DNA of 64,000 nt from an uncultured Planctomycetia bacterium (GTDB taxonomy: Bacteria; Omnitrophota; Gorgyraeia; Tantalellales; Tantalellaceae). Shown piece after piece: positions 1 through 9,816 of this stretch; position 1 is the first letter of the stretch; every line of letters begins with the position of its first letter. Both the position numbers and the translations under genes were made by a program. The notes under the pieces are model-generated. The model was not told the DNA's origin. It was given only the letters and a program-made list of their open reading frames with translations, and searched no databases. The DNA is taken from contig CAZGQR010000003.1 of NCBI GenBank assembly GCA_964527765.1, positions 6,156 to 70,155 of the forward strand, read 5' to 3'.

Positions 1-1838
1 GGCGCGAGATGGTATTTCCGCAGGAGTTCTTCCCGCGCGCCATGCTCTATGAATTCGTCAGGCAACCCCAGACATCTGATCTTAACGCCTCTTAACTTCT
101 CCCTTTCAAAAAATTCAAGCACGGCGCTGCCGAACCCGCCGTCAGTAATACCTTCCTCTATGGTAAATAACTTCTTCGTGCCGCGGGCGAGTTCCTCCAG
201 CATCTCCGCGTCCAGGGGTTTAATAAATCTGGCGTTCACCACCGTCGATTCGATGCCTTTTCTGGATAATAGCTCGCTGGCCATCAGCGCGGTGTTCACC
301 ATGCTCCCCACTGCGAGAATGGCAAGGTCATTCCCCCTTCTGAGCAGCTCCGCCTTCCCTACCTCCAGAGGCACAAAAGAAGAAGTGCTTACAAGTTGTC
401 TGGCTTTAGCGCGGGGGTACCTTATCACGACCGGCTTCTCCCATTCCACGGCCTTTTCCATCATCAGTTCCAGTTCCGTCCCGTCCTTGGGGGCCATCAC
501 TACAAAACCCGGCAGATTCCGCGTATAAGAAATATCAAAGACGCCGTGATGCGTCGGACCGTCCCTGCCCACCAATCCCGCCCTATCGACACAGAATACA
601 ACGGGCAGCTTTTGAAGCGCGATGTCATGGATAAGCTGATCATAGGAGCGCTGCAGGAAAGTGGAATAAATAGCGACCACCGGCTTCAAGCCCCCTTTTG
701 CAAGGCCGGCGGAAAATGTCACTGCATGCGGCTCGGTGATGCCGACATCGAAAAACCGGTCCGGGAATTTCTCGGCAAAAGTTTGAAGGCCGGTGCCGTC
801 CGGCATAGCCGCGGTGATCGCAACTATTCTGTTATCTTTATCCGCGAGTTCCTTTATCATTTTGGAAAAATGCCAGGTAAAAGGCTTTTCTTTATCTTCT
901 TCCCCTTTACCTATCTGCCCCGAGCTCACATCAAAGGACGTAACACCGTGAAAGCTTTCCGGATCTTCTTCGGCGTATTTATACCCCTTTCCCTTTCTGG
1001 TAATAGCATGGACAAATACCGGTTCTTTCAGCTTTAGGATATTCCGAAACGTCGATATCAGCTGTTCTATATCATGTCCGTCGACGGGCCCGAAATAGCG
1101 GAACCCCAGCTCCTCGAACAAAATGCCCGGCACCAGCAGATTTTTAAGTCCTTCTTCAAGCTTTCTTATCGTCTTATATGCCGCCTGCCCCAGCCTGGGG
1201 ATACCCTTCACTATCTTCTCCGTTTCCTCCCTTACCTTATTGTACAGGGGGTTGGTTATCACGGTGTTCAAGTACCGGCTCATCGCCCCTACCGGTTTGG
1301 AGATGGACTGTTCATTATCGTTCAGTATGACCACCAGGTTCGTCCGCCTGTGCCCGGTATTGTTCATCCCTTCAAAGGCCAGTCCTGTAGAAAGAGACGC
1401 GTCACCTATAACGGCGATCACCTTGTGATCTTCGTTCCTCAGGTCCCTGGCGGACGCCAGCCCAAGAGCGGAAGATATCGACGTGGCGCTGTGACCGCAG
1501 GTGAAAGGGTCATGTTCGCTTTCCTCGGCGCTGGGAAACCCGCTTAAGCCCCCCATTTCCCTGAGCGTATTGAAATTTTTCAGCCTGCCCGTAAGCAGTT
1601 TGTGCGCGTAACTCTGGTGTCCGACATCCCAGATTATCTTATCTTTCGGGCTTTTAAGGCAGTAGTGCAACGCGATCGCCAGTTCCACGGCACCCAGGCT
1701 GGCCGCAAGGTGGCCGCCTTTACGGGACGTAACGCTGACGATCTTTCCCCTGATCTCACCGGCAAGCTGTTTAAGCTGCTTCAGATCCAGTTTTTTTATC
1801 CCTTCCGGCAACTGAATATTATCCAGAAGTTCGCTCAT
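1..1838 (-). CDS. dxs: 1-deoxy-D-xylulose-5-phosphate synthase, C-terminus truncated by window edge
   Basis: Minus-strand translation from ATG at 1836-1838 reads MSELLDNIQLPEGIKKLDLKQL..., with TPP-binding and transketolase-like motifs (GHxSxSxSAxLG, GDG...NDN). The start overlaps the xseB stop (ATGA). The frame runs off position 1, so it is missing from the ORF track. Confidence 0.9.
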   Translation of the reverse strand, partial: MSELLDNIQLPEGIKKLDLKQLKQLAGEIRGKIVSVTSRKGGHLAASLGAVELAIALHYCLKSPKDKIIWDVGHQSYAHKLLTGRLKNFNTLREMGGLSGFPSAEESEHDPFTCGHSATSISSALGLASARDLRNEDHKVIAVIGDASLSTGLAFEGMNNTGHRRTNLVVILNDNEQSISKPVGAMSRYLNTVITNPLYNKVREETEKIVKGIPRLGQAAYKTIRKLEEGLKNLLVPGILFEELGFRYFGPVDGHDIEQLISTFRNILKLKEPVFVHAITRKGKGYKYAEEDPESFHGVTSFDVSSGQIGKGEEDKEKPFTWHFSKMIKELADKDNRIVAITAAMPDGTGLQTFAEKFPDRFFDVGITEPHAVTFSAGLAKGGLKPVVAIYSTFLQRSYDQLIHDIALQKLPVVFCVDRAGLVGRDGPTHHGVFDISYTRNLPGFVVMAPKDGTELELMMEKAVEWEKPVVIRYPRAKARQLVSTSSFVPLEVGKAELLRRGNDLAILAVGSMVNTALMASELLSRKGIESTVVNARFIKPLDAEMLEELARGTKKLFTIEEGITDGGFGSAVLEFFEREKLRGVKIRCLGLPDEFIEHGAREELLRKYHLA

Positions 1839-2065
1839 TCCTCTTTCTCCTCAAAAGGTTCTTTTACGAACCGTCCGCTGTCTTTTTTTATCAATAGTTC
1901 TATTTTTTCCCTGGCTTTGTCCAGTTGCTTCTGGCACGCGCCTGCAAGTTTTATGCCCTCTTCATATTTTTTCAGGGAAGTGTCCAGGGAAAGATCTCCT
2001 GTTTCCAGTTCTTCCACGATCTTTTCGAGCTTCTCAAGCGCTTTTTCAAACGAACTATCTTTCAT
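1835..2065 (-). CDS. xseB: exodeoxyribonuclease VII small subunit
   Basis: 76-aa protein FEKALEKLEKIVEELETGDLSLDTSLKKYEEGIKL, typical of XseB; lies immediately downstream of xseA. Confidence 0.85.
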   Translation of the reverse strand: MKDSSFEKALEKLEKIVEELETGDLSLDTSLKKYEEGIKLAGACQKQLDKAREKIELLIKKDSGRFVKEPFEEKEE

Positions 2066-2081
2066 CCCGGCCCCTCCTTAG

Positions 2082-3314
2082 CTATTTTTCCGCATGTTCT
2101 ACCTTGCTCGTAACGCAGCCGGACGCGAACCTTGTCTTGAGGAGGTCCCCCCGCCTCAGCCCCCTCGAGGCCTTGACCACCTTCCCGCCCTTAAAAGTAA
2201 TACTATACCCTCGCTTCAGCACTGACAAGGGGTTTAACATCTGCAGTTTTCCTGTTGCGGCGCTGAACTCTCCCTGCCTCAGTTCAAGCAAATGGGTGAC
2301 GCCGGAGGTGGCGGACCTGACCAGATCGTCCACCTGCTGGCCCAACTGCAAAAAGACGTTCATCGGGGTGCGGAGAACATAGCTCAAGCGGAGCCCGTCG
2401 ACCGTTTTTCTCATCATTTCAAGTTTTGTCTTAGCGACCAGGTATAACCGGTCACGGTATTTTTTTATCCGGCCGGCAAGTTCTTCCTTGAGCGGTATGA
2501 CCTGTTCGGCGGCCGCTGACGGTGTCGGGGCGCGAAAATCCGCCACAAAATCGGAAATGGTATAGTCTATTTCATGCCCGACCGCGCTTATGACTGGTAT
2601 CTCCGAAGCATATATCGCGCGCGCGACCATCTCCTCATTAAAGGGCCAGAGGTCCTCCAGGCTGCCGCCGCCGCGCCCGACAATGATCACCTCTATCGGA
2701 TGCTCCTCCTTGCCTTCTTCGCTGATCCAGCGGTTAAACTCGTTAAGCTCCCCGATAGCCCGGGCAATATCTTCTTTCGCTCCGTCGCCCTGGACCCGGA
2801 CAGGACATATTGAGATCTCAACATTGGTAAAACGCCGGCGGGCGACCTTCAGGATATCTCTTATGGCCGCGCCTGTCGGCGATGTAATAACACCGATATG
2901 CATCGGCAAAAAGGGCAGCGGTCTTTTATGTTCCTCGTCAAACAGTCCCTCCTTGCGCAATTTGTTTTTCAGCTGCTCGAATGCCAGCTGAAGAGCGCCT
3001 CTGCCGCGGGGTTCTATTGCGCTGACATACAATTGATACTGCCCGCGTTTGTCATAAACACTGATCCGGCCGCAGCACAGAACGCGCAATCCGTTTTCCA
3101 TGCTGAAAGCGACACGGGTGCTGTTACCCTTAAAAAGAACACAGTTAAGCAGGCCGCCGGCGTCTTTTAAACTAAAATATGCATGCCCCGCGGATGAAAC
3201 GGTAAAATTAGAAATCTCGCCCTCGACCCACACTTCCCGAAAGGTATCTTCCAGGACAAAACGTATATCCCTGGTAAGCTCGGTGACCGTGTAAACCTTC
3301 ACGTCTTCCATCAT
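2082..3314 (-). CDS. xseA: exodeoxyribonuclease VII large subunit
   Basis: 410 aa with an N-terminal OB fold and the catalytic domain (VIIVGRGGGSLEDLWPFNEE motif). Confidence 0.9.
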   Translation of the reverse strand: MMEDVKVYTVTELTRDIRFVLEDTFREVWVEGEISNFTVSSAGHAYFSLKDAGGLLNCVLFKGNSTRVAFSMENGLRVLCCGRISVYDKRGQYQLYVSAIEPRGRGALQLAFEQLKNKLRKEGLFDEEHKRPLPFLPMHIGVITSPTGAAIRDILKVARRRFTNVEISICPVRVQGDGAKEDIARAIGELNEFNRWISEEGKEEHPIEVIIVGRGGGSLEDLWPFNEEMVARAIYASEIPVISAVGHEIDYTISDFVADFRAPTPSAAAEQVIPLKEELAGRIKKYRDRLYLVAKTKLEMMRKTVDGLRLSYVLRTPMNVFLQLGQQVDDLVRSATSGVTHLLELRQGEFSAATGKLQMLNPLSVLKRGYSITFKGGKVVKASRGLRRGDLLKTRFASGCVTSKVEHAEK

Positions 3315-4090
3315 GCCTTTATCTGGACCCTTTTGATGCCGCGAGCCTTTCCTTCTTTCTCATCCGTATCTATAATGACCCCGTGTATCTCCGCGCCTTC
3401 GGCGGCCATCTCGAAACGCGTGGGCAGCTGCGTCAAAAACCGCGTTATGACCTGCTCCTTTTTCCGTCCTATCACAGAATCATAAGGTCCGGTCATCCCG
3501 CAATCGGTAACGTATGCCGTGCCGCCTGGAAGTACTTTTTCGTCAGCGGTCTGGATATGGGTGTGGGTCCCGATCACGGCAGTGACTGTCCCGTCCAGGT
3601 ACCACCCCATAGCGACTTTCTCGCTGGTCGCTTCAGCGTGCATGTCCACCACGATCACGGGTGTCATTTTGCGAAGTTTCTCTATCTCTTCACGCACCCG
3701 CGCAAAAGGACAATCCACCGCCTCCATGAATACCCGGCCTATCAGATTGATGGCGCCCACTCTGCCGGCGCCTTTAACGTCCACGACAGTGGAGCCCTTC
3801 CCAGGAGCCCCCTCTGGATAATTGGCGGGACGTATCAATTTGTCGGTCGTGTTCAGAAAATCGTATATTTCCTTTTTCTTCCAGATGTGGTCCCCGGAGG
3901 TCAGGATGTCCACCCCGTCCTCGAACAGTTCTTCCGCTATTCGTGGAGTAATACCGCTTCCGCCGGCGGCATTCTCGCCGTTGGCGATCACGACGCTGAC
4001 ATTCTCCTTTTCCCTGAAATCACGGAGAAACCTGCGGACCATTTCCCTGCCCGGCTTCCCGACAATATCCCCCAAGAACAGTATTTTCAT
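3311..4090 (-). CDS. ymdB: YmdB-like metallophosphoesterase (2',3'-cyclic nucleotide phosphodiesterase family, TIGR00282-like)
   Basis: MKILFLGDIVGKPGR... with GENAAGG and GTHTHIQTADE motifs; sits next to rny as in Bacillus. Confidence 0.8.
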   Translation of the reverse strand: MKILFLGDIVGKPGREMVRRFLRDFREKENVSVVIANGENAAGGSGITPRIAEELFEDGVDILTSGDHIWKKKEIYDFLNTTDKLIRPANYPEGAPGKGSTVVDVKGAGRVGAINLIGRVFMEAVDCPFARVREEIEKLRKMTPVIVVDMHAEATSEKVAMGWYLDGTVTAVIGTHTHIQTADEKVLPGGTAYVTDCGMTGPYDSVIGRKKEQVITRFLTQLPTRFEMAAEGAEIHGVIIDTDEKEGKARGIKRVQIKA

Positions 4091-4102
4091 AATTCTGCCT
4101 CT

Positions 4103-5680
4103 TTATTTGGCATATTCGATCGATCTGATCTCCCGTATGACCACGACCTTGATCTGGCCGGGATACTGCAATCCGCTTTCTATTTTTTTCTTTATCTCCT
4201 GGGCCATCACAGCCGCTTTCGCGTCATCGATCCTCTCCGGCTGTACGACAATACGGATCTCGCGGCCGGCCTGGATGGCATAGGTCTTTTCCACTCCCTC
4301 GAACTCATTGGCGATCGCTTCAAGGTTTTCCAGCCTCTTTATGTAATGCTCCAGGGTCTCCCGCCTGGCACCGGGACGGGTCGCGCTTATGGCGTCCGCC
4401 GCCTGGGCGAGGACCGCAAGGAGCGTCTTCGGCTCGACATCCCCGTGGTGCGCCTCGATGGCATGGACGACAATATCGGGTTCACCGTATTTCTTGGCCA
4501 GTTCCGCTCCCAGCGCTGCGTGAGTACCCTCCATCTCATGAGAAACCGCCTTGCCGATATCATGGAGCGCCCCGATACGTTTTGCCAGGTTTATATCCAG
4601 CCTCAATTCTCCGGCCATCGCGGCCATCAGGTAAGCCGTTTCCTTGGAATGCTGCAGGACGTTCTGGCCGTAGCTGGTGCGGAATTTAAGCCGGCCGAGA
4701 AGCTTCACCAGTTCCGAATGCACGCCGTGAATGCCCAGATCCAGAAGCGTATTCTCCCCTTCTTCTTTTATGGTCGCTTCCATTTCTTTCTTCACTTTTG
4801 CCACGACCTCTTCTATGCGGCCGGGGTGGATCCTGCCGTCCTCTATCAGCCGCTCCAGCGAGATCCTGGCTATTTCCCTGCGGAACTTATCGAATCCCGA
4901 GATTATCACGGCCTCGGGTGTATCGTCTATGATGATATCCACTCCGGTGGCCATCTCCAGAGCGCGTATATTCCTTCCTTCCCTTCCTATTATCCTGCCT
5001 TTCATTTCCTCAGAAGGCAAGTTCACCACGCTTACCGTCGTATCTACCGTATGATCCACGGCGCACTTCTGGATGGCCAGCCCTACGATCTTTCTCGCCT
5101 CCCTGTCGGCCTTATCCCTGGTCTCGTCCTGGATCTTCTTTATGGTCTTGGCCGCTTCCTGGCGGGCTTCTTCCTCCATTTTCCTGATCAGGAGATCCTT
5201 GGCCTGCTCCTTGCTCATGCCGGATATCTCCTGAAGCCGGCTCTTTTCCTCCTGGAGCTTGCGGTCCAGCTCCTCTTTCCGGCGATTGGCCTCATCATAT
5301 TTGCGGCGCAGCTCGTCCTCGTTTCTCCTGAGTTCCTTCTCTTTCTGTTCAATAAATTCGACTTTCTTGTCGACGTTCTCTTCCTTCTGCAAAAGATGCT
5401 TTTCCTTGGCCAGTAGTTCCCTCCGGCGTTCCTTCGCCTCCTCTTCGAACTCGGCCCTCATCTTCAAGGAGAGGTCTTTTGCTTCAAGTATGGATTCTCT
5501 TTTCCGGCGTTCGGCCTCTATTTTCGAATTGTTTACTATGGTCTTCGCTTTATCCTCGGCGCGTTTTACTTTCATCTTGGCAGTATACTTCCTCAGGACA
5601 TACCCGAAGAGGAAGAAAAATATGCCGCCAAGAAACGCGAAACCTAAATATGCTGTTGTAATGTCAGTCCTCATGTGCAT
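4103..5680 (-). CDS. rny: ribonuclease Y
   Basis: N-terminal TM helix, long coiled coil, KH domain ([15 protein letters not shown]) and HD domain (HDIGKA...HH). Confidence 0.9.
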   Translation of the reverse strand: MHMRTDITTAYLGFAFLGGIFFFLFGYVLRKYTAKMKVKRAEDKAKTIVNNSKIEAERRKRESILEAKDLSLKMRAEFEEEAKERRRELLAKEKHLLQKEENVDKKVEFIEQKEKELRRNEDELRRKYDEANRRKEELDRKLQEEKSRLQEISGMSKEQAKDLLIRKMEEEARQEAAKTIKKIQDETRDKADREARKIVGLAIQKCAVDHTVDTTVSVVNLPSEEMKGRIIGREGRNIRALEMATGVDIIIDDTPEAVIISGFDKFRREIARISLERLIEDGRIHPGRIEEVVAKVKKEMEATIKEEGENTLLDLGIHGVHSELVKLLGRLKFRTSYGQNVLQHSKETAYLMAAMAGELRLDINLAKRIGALHDIGKAVSHEMEGTHAALGAELAKKYGEPDIVVHAIEAHHGDVEPKTLLAVLAQAADAISATRPGARRETLEHYIKRLENLEAIANEFEGVEKTYAIQAGREIRIVVQPERIDDAKAAVMAQEIKKKIESGLQYPGQIKVVVIREIRSIEYAK

Positions 5681-5729
5681 CCTCCCTTATTTTGGAAGGC
5701 GTCAGCTGGCAGGATCTCTCTGAACGAGA

Positions 5730-6308
5730 TCAATCTGTAATGACCCGGGAAACGGGTCTGTCATGAGGGTCCGAGGGCAGGGAATCCGCCGCCTGAAAAT
5801 GAAAAGCCAATCCTATTGCCTTTGCCGAAGATAGATCCTTACTGGCGAGGAACCTGTCATAATACCCTTTTCCTCTGCCCAATCGCATGTTCTTTTTGTC
5901 ATAAGCTATTAGTGGCACCACTACCAGATCTATCTCCCTTAAAGGTATTGTCCCGGCAAGACCTTCTTTCGGCTGGTATATCCCGAAAGGGCCCTTTTCC
6001 AGGTTTTTTATTGCTGTAAGCTCAGAAGCTATTATAGTTTGACTATTCGGCTCGATATAAGGAACCGCTACCCTTTTCCCCTGTTTCAATGCCTCTTCAT
6101 TAAGATAGTAAGTGTCCACTTCTGTGGGCAAAGAAACGTATGTCATGACTGTCCTCGCAGCTCGGAATTCCTCACTGGAAAGAAGCTTTTCCTGTATCTT
6201 CCGGCTCCTTTCTTCCCTCAGTGAGGGACCCTGGCCCCGCAGACGCCTTATTTTCTCCTTTCTAATCTCCTCTTTTCTTTCCCTTATGTGCGCCAATTCT
6301 TGGTTCAT
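5730..6308 (-). CDS. 5-formyltetrahydrofolate cyclo-ligase
   Basis: Motifs VAVPYIE...IDLVVVPLIAYD...RLGRGKGYYDR are present. The track ORF extends to 6410, but the internal Met at 6308 avoids overlapping nifU, so it was used as the start. Confidence 0.75.
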   Translation of the reverse strand: MNQELAHIRERKEEIRKEKIRRLRGQGPSLREERSRKIQEKLLSSEEFRAARTVMTYVSLPTEVDTYYLNEEALKQGKRVAVPYIEPNSQTIIASELTAIKNLEKGPFGIYQPKEGLAGTIPLREIDLVVVPLIAYDKKNMRLGRGKGYYDRFLASKDLSSAKAIGLAFHFQAADSLPSDPHDRPVSRVITD

Positions 6309-6337
6309 AATATTATACAACAATACCCGAAATATGC

Positions 6338-6721
6338 CTATTTTTTTTGCCTTTTTCCGTAATAATCCTCGATCGCCTTCTTTAAGGCGTCTTCGGCAAG
6401 GACGGAACAATGGATCTTGACCGGCGGCAGGCCGCCCAGGGCCCTGACCACGTCTTCATTGGACAGTTTCCTTGCTTCTTCCACGGTCTTCCCCTTGATA
6501 AGCTCTGTTAAAATGGACCCTGATGCTATCGCCGCGCCGCATCCGAAGGTCCTGAATTTGGCGTCGGATATGACCCCGTTATCATCAACCTTTATATACA
6601 GCTCCAGTATATCACCGCAGACGGGACTGGTGATCTTACCTTTCCCGCTGGGGTCTTCGATCTGCCCCACGTTGCTGGGGTTCAGAAAATGTTTTATGAC
6701 TTTATCGGTATATTCTTCCAT
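6338..6721 (-). CDS. nifU: Fe-S cluster assembly scaffold, NifU/IscU N-terminal domain type
   Basis: Three conserved Cys in GCGAAIASGS... and PVKIHCSVLAEDA. Confidence 0.85.
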   Translation of the reverse strand: MEEYTDKVIKHFLNPSNVGQIEDPSGKGKITSPVCGDILELYIKVDDNGVISDAKFRTFGCGAAIASGSILTELIKGKTVEEARKLSNEDVVRALGGLPPVKIHCSVLAEDALKKAIEDYYGKRQKK

Positions 6722-6731
6722 CCGTGTTCCC

Positions 6732-7898
6732 TCAGTCTTCCCTGTAGATCGGGCTTATCTTCCTCAGCCGGTCTATGATGGGGGGTAATTTTTCCATCAC
6801 ATAATCCATGTCATCCCGTGTATTAAATATATCGAGCGAAAACCTGACCGCCCCCTGCGCGAACACCTGTTCCAGCCCCATACTTTTCAGCACGTGGGAA
6901 GGCTCCAGGCTGCCCGAGGTGCAGGCGGAACCGGTAGAAACGGCGATGCCCTCCAGGTCCAGACTCAATATTATAGCTTCTCCTTCCAGATAGTCGAAAC
7001 TGACGTTCAAGGTGCTGGGCAGGCGTTTTTCGGGATGACCGTTCAGCCTTACCTGCTTTATCCCGGAACTTATACGGTCGTGCAGCATATCCCTGAGCCG
7101 CTTTACCCCGGCATAGTGTTCCAGGCCGTGCTTAAGGGCGATCTCACAGGTCTTTCCGAACCCGACTATGGCCGGTATGTCCTCGGTCCCGGCTCTTTTG
7201 CCGTTCTCGTGATGCCCGCCATGCTGACAGGGGTCGATCTCGGTTCCGTTCCTTATATACAATGCGCCGACCCCTTTGGGCCCGTTGATCTTATGGGCTG
7301 ACATCGAGACCAGTTGCGCCCCGGATCTTTTGACATCAAAAGGCACTTTCCCGATAAGCTGCACCGCGTCGGTATGGAAAACGACGCCTTTTTCCGCGGC
7401 TACACTGCCTATCTCTTCAAGCGGCATGATCGTCCCCGTCTCGTTGTTTGCCGCCATAATGGTTATAAGGATGGTTTCGTCGGTAATGCTGCGCCGAAGT
7501 TCGTCCGTGTCTACGATCCCGTAACGATCCACCCCCAGGTAGGTCACCCGGAAACCCTTACCCTCAAGGTACTTGCAGGTATTAAGCACGGCGTGGTGCT
7601 CAACCTCGGAAGTTATTATATGGTTACCCTTGTCTTTTAACGCGGCTGCCGTCCCCTTGATCGCGAAATTATCGGACTCTGTCCCGCCCGAAGTGAAAAC
7701 TATCTCCTCCGGGGATCCGGCCCCTATGAGGGCGGCTACTTTCTCCCGGGACTCTTCCAGATGCTTCCTGGCTTCCCTCCCAAACGCATGTACACTCGAG
7801 GCATTACCGTACATCTTATCGTAAAACGGCAGCATCGCCTCGATCACTTCCGGATGCGCCCTTGTTGTCGCATTGGCATCAAGATAGACTTTTCTCAT
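6732..7898 (-). CDS. nifS: cysteine desulfurase (NifS/IscS family)
   Basis: PLP-lysine motif SMSAHKINGPKGVGALY and active-site Cys in STGSACTSGS. Confidence 0.9.
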   Translation of the reverse strand: MRKVYLDANATTRAHPEVIEAMLPFYDKMYGNASSVHAFGREARKHLEESREKVAALIGAGSPEEIVFTSGGTESDNFAIKGTAAALKDKGNHIITSEVEHHAVLNTCKYLEGKGFRVTYLGVDRYGIVDTDELRRSITDETILITIMAANNETGTIMPLEEIGSVAAEKGVVFHTDAVQLIGKVPFDVKRSGAQLVSMSAHKINGPKGVGALYIRNGTEIDPCQHGGHHENGKRAGTEDIPAIVGFGKTCEIALKHGLEHYAGVKRLRDMLHDRISSGIKQVRLNGHPEKRLPSTLNVSFDYLEGEAIILSLDLEGIAVSTGSACTSGSLEPSHVLKSMGLEQVFAQGAVRFSLDIFNTRDDMDYVMEKLPPIIDRLRKISPIYRED

Positions 7899-8355
7899 AA
7901 ATGTACACTCTCCCGTTCTTGCCGGGAGTTATTTTCATCGCGCGTTCGGCCAGGTCCCTGAGAGAAAAACGCCCGAGCGTTTCTTTTATCTGCCTGCCCA
8001 TTTCATCCCATACCTCTTTAGAGGCGCACCTGCTTGCTTTCCCGCATACATTTTCTTTCCCTTTTCCGGATGAAATGCATCTGGCGGGGGAAATACTGCC
8101 TTCCAGGGCCATTACCACTTCGTACACGCTCACCCTGGAAGGGTCTCTGGCCAGAACATACCCTCCTCTGGGGCCGCGTACGCTTTTGACCAATCCGCGG
8201 TTCTTGAGACAGTTAAATATCTGTTCCAGGTAGATATTTGAGATCCCTTCCTCGCGGGATATATGCCCGATGGAGACCGGCTCTCCGCCATCGTGCTCGA
8301 TCGCCAGTCTTATAAGAGCTCTCACGCCATAAGAAGATCTCGTGGTCAGCTTCAC
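7879..8355 (-). CDS. Rrf2-family transcriptional regulator (IscR-like)
   Basis: Rrf2 N-terminal HTH (KLTTRSSYGVRALIRLA...ISREEGISNIYLEQIFNCL). A likely GTG start at 8355 was used; the track ORF extends to 8400 across the nfu 3' end. Confidence 0.75.
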   Translation of the reverse strand: MKLTTRSSYGVRALIRLAIEHDGGEPVSIGHISREEGISNIYLEQIFNCLKNRGLVKSVRGPRGGYVLARDPSRVSVYEVVMALEGSISPARCISSGKGKENVCGKASRCASKEVWDEMGRQIKETLGRFSLRDLAERAMKITPGKNGRVYIYEKSLS

Positions 8356-8386
8356 CTGCTCAGTGCCTCCCTTATCGTGCCCTCGC

Positions 8387-8605
8387 TTACACGCTTTCAA
8401 CCCGTTCGATCTCTGGGATCTCTTTTTTCAGCGCCTGCTCCACCACACCCTTGATGGTCATCTGGCTCATTGGGCAACCCGCGCAGGCCCCGCGGAGCCT
8501 TACTTTCACGACGTTTCCCTCAACGGAAACAAGCTCTATATCCCCGCCGTCCCGCTGAAGAAAGGGTCGTATTTTTTCGATCTCTTTCCTTACTCTCTCT
8601 TCCAT
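8387..8605 (-). CDS. NifU C-terminal-domain (Nfu-type) Fe-S cluster carrier
   Basis: 72 aa with the CxxC motif GACAGCPMSQMTIKGVVE typical of Nfu/NifU C-terminal domains. Confidence 0.75.
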   Translation of the reverse strand: MEERVRKEIEKIRPFLQRDGGDIELVSVEGNVVKVRLRGACAGCPMSQMTIKGVVEQALKKEIPEIERVESV

Positions 8606-8674
8606 TTTCTACCTCTGTGGATAAATGTGGGGCTTATGAATGCGGCCGCATCCGTAAACCAAACTTTTAAATCT

Positions 8675-8702
8675 CCACCGGGACCAAAACTGAGTCCGGT
8701 GG
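8675..8702. promoter_or_regulatory. candidate Rrf2/IscR-type operator
   Basis: Imperfect palindrome CCACCGGGAC-caaaactga-GTCCGGTGG lying 70-95 nt upstream of the nfu-rrf2-nifS-nifU operon start; it resembles the GAC..GTC core of IscR sites. Confidence 0.3.
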
Positions 8703-8774
8703 GACCGGGACAAGAAATGCTATCCTAATATACCTTACTAAAAAAGTCAAGTAAAATGCCCTCTTTCCTTTCCC

Positions 8775-8803
8775 TTGCCCTCAATATGCAATAGTGATAT
8801 AAT
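8775..8803 (+). promoter_or_regulatory. sigma70-like promoter TTGCCC-N17-TATAAT with TG extension
   Basis: -35 at 8775-8780, TGATATAAT at 8795-8803, ~50 nt upstream of the Gfo/Idh/MocA ATG at 8854. Confidence 0.4.
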
Positions 8804-8853
8804 TTCCCGAAGGATAGTAACGTCAAACTGTGATCCATGTAGCAAGGGGTGTT

Positions 8854-9798
8854 ATGGACAAGCTTCGTATCGCCGTGGTAGGGGCCGGGCATCTCGGTTC
8901 CCTTCACGCTAAAGTGTATTCCGCGATAAAGAGAAGGTGCGGGATCTCACTGGTCGGCATCTGCGACGTAAGCAAAGAAGCGGGCGAAGAGATAGCCAAG
9001 AAATACAACACGGGCTATTTTGCCGACTACCACGATCTTATCGGAAGGGCCGATGCCGTAAGCATAGCCGTCCCCACGAATCTGCACCATGCAGTCGCAA
9101 GGGATTTCCTGAAAGCAGGGGTACATGTTCTGATCGAAAAACCGATCACGAGGACCCTGGAGGAAGCGGACGAACTGATCGGCCTGGCCGAAAAAAAGGA
9201 TCTTATCCTGCAGGTAGGGCATATTGAAAGGTTCAATTCCGCCGTCCGGGCGGTGGAGCCCCTGCTGAGCAAGCCGAGATTCATAGAATGCCAAAGACTG
9301 GGTTCCATCAAAAAGAAGAAACGCATCAAGGATGTGGGGGTGGTGCTTGATCTTATGATCCACGATATCGATATCATCCTCGGCCTGGTGAACTCCAGGG
9401 TGAAGAACATCGAAGCTGTCGGCATAAGCAGTGTTTCCGATCATGAAGATCTCGCTAACGTCCGTCTTTCTTTTCAGAACGGCATAATAGCGGATATCAC
9501 GGCCAGCCGGGTGACCAGAGAAGAGATCCGCAAGATCCGCATCTTCCAGGAACAATCCTACATACTCCTGGATTACCTGCACCAGGAGGCCTTTCTGTTC
9601 CGGGGCTCCGACAAGAAACTTAAAAAGAAAAAAATAAGGATCAGGAAAAAGGAGCCGCTAAAGGTCGAACTTAAATCTTTTATCGACTGCGTCCGGAACA
9701 ATAAAAGGCCTGTCGTCTCGGGACAAGAAGGCAAGCAAGCCCTTCGGGTCGCCCTTAATATACTGGAAAAGATCAACAGCGCCCAGCGGCTTCTATGA
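8854..9798 (+). CDS. Gfo/Idh/MocA-family NAD(P)-dependent oxidoreductase
   Basis: Rossmann motif RIAVVGAGHLGSLH and the EKP motif. Start set at the ATG with an AAGGGG RBS. An 18-nt gap to lpxB suggests co-transcription. Confidence 0.8.
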   Translation: MDKLRIAVVGAGHLGSLHAKVYSAIKRRCGISLVGICDVSKEAGEEIAKKYNTGYFADYHDLIGRADAVSIAVPTNLHHAVARDFLKAGVHVLIEKPITRTLEEADELIGLAEKKDLILQVGHIERFNSAVRAVEPLLSKPRFIECQRLGSIKKKKRIKDVGVVLDLMIHDIDIILGLVNSRVKNIEAVGISSVSDHEDLANVRLSFQNGIIADITASRVTREEIRKIRIFQEQSYILLDYLHQEAFLFRGSDKKLKKKKIRIRKKEPLKVELKSFIDCVRNNKRPVVSGQEGKQALRVALNILEKINSAQRLL

Positions 9799-9816
9799 TT
9801 TGCGCCGCTTCTACCG

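Noticed and set aside
3383-5416. 677-aa plus-strand ORF
   Set aside because: Runs antisense across the well-supported ymdB and rny genes. Its composition (His/Gly/Arg/Pro-rich) is typical of a reverse-frame artefact in GC-rich coding DNA; no recognisable domain.
7879-8400. Long N-terminal extensions in track ORFs (Rrf2 to 8400, 5-FCL to 6410, RnfG to 60737, HisG to 31373, PurN to 57982, PurB to 42574, SpoVG to 23299, ADH to 32694)
   Set aside because: The extensions overlap upstream genes and lack an RBS. Internal starts with an RBS or translational coupling match the conserved protein N-termini better.
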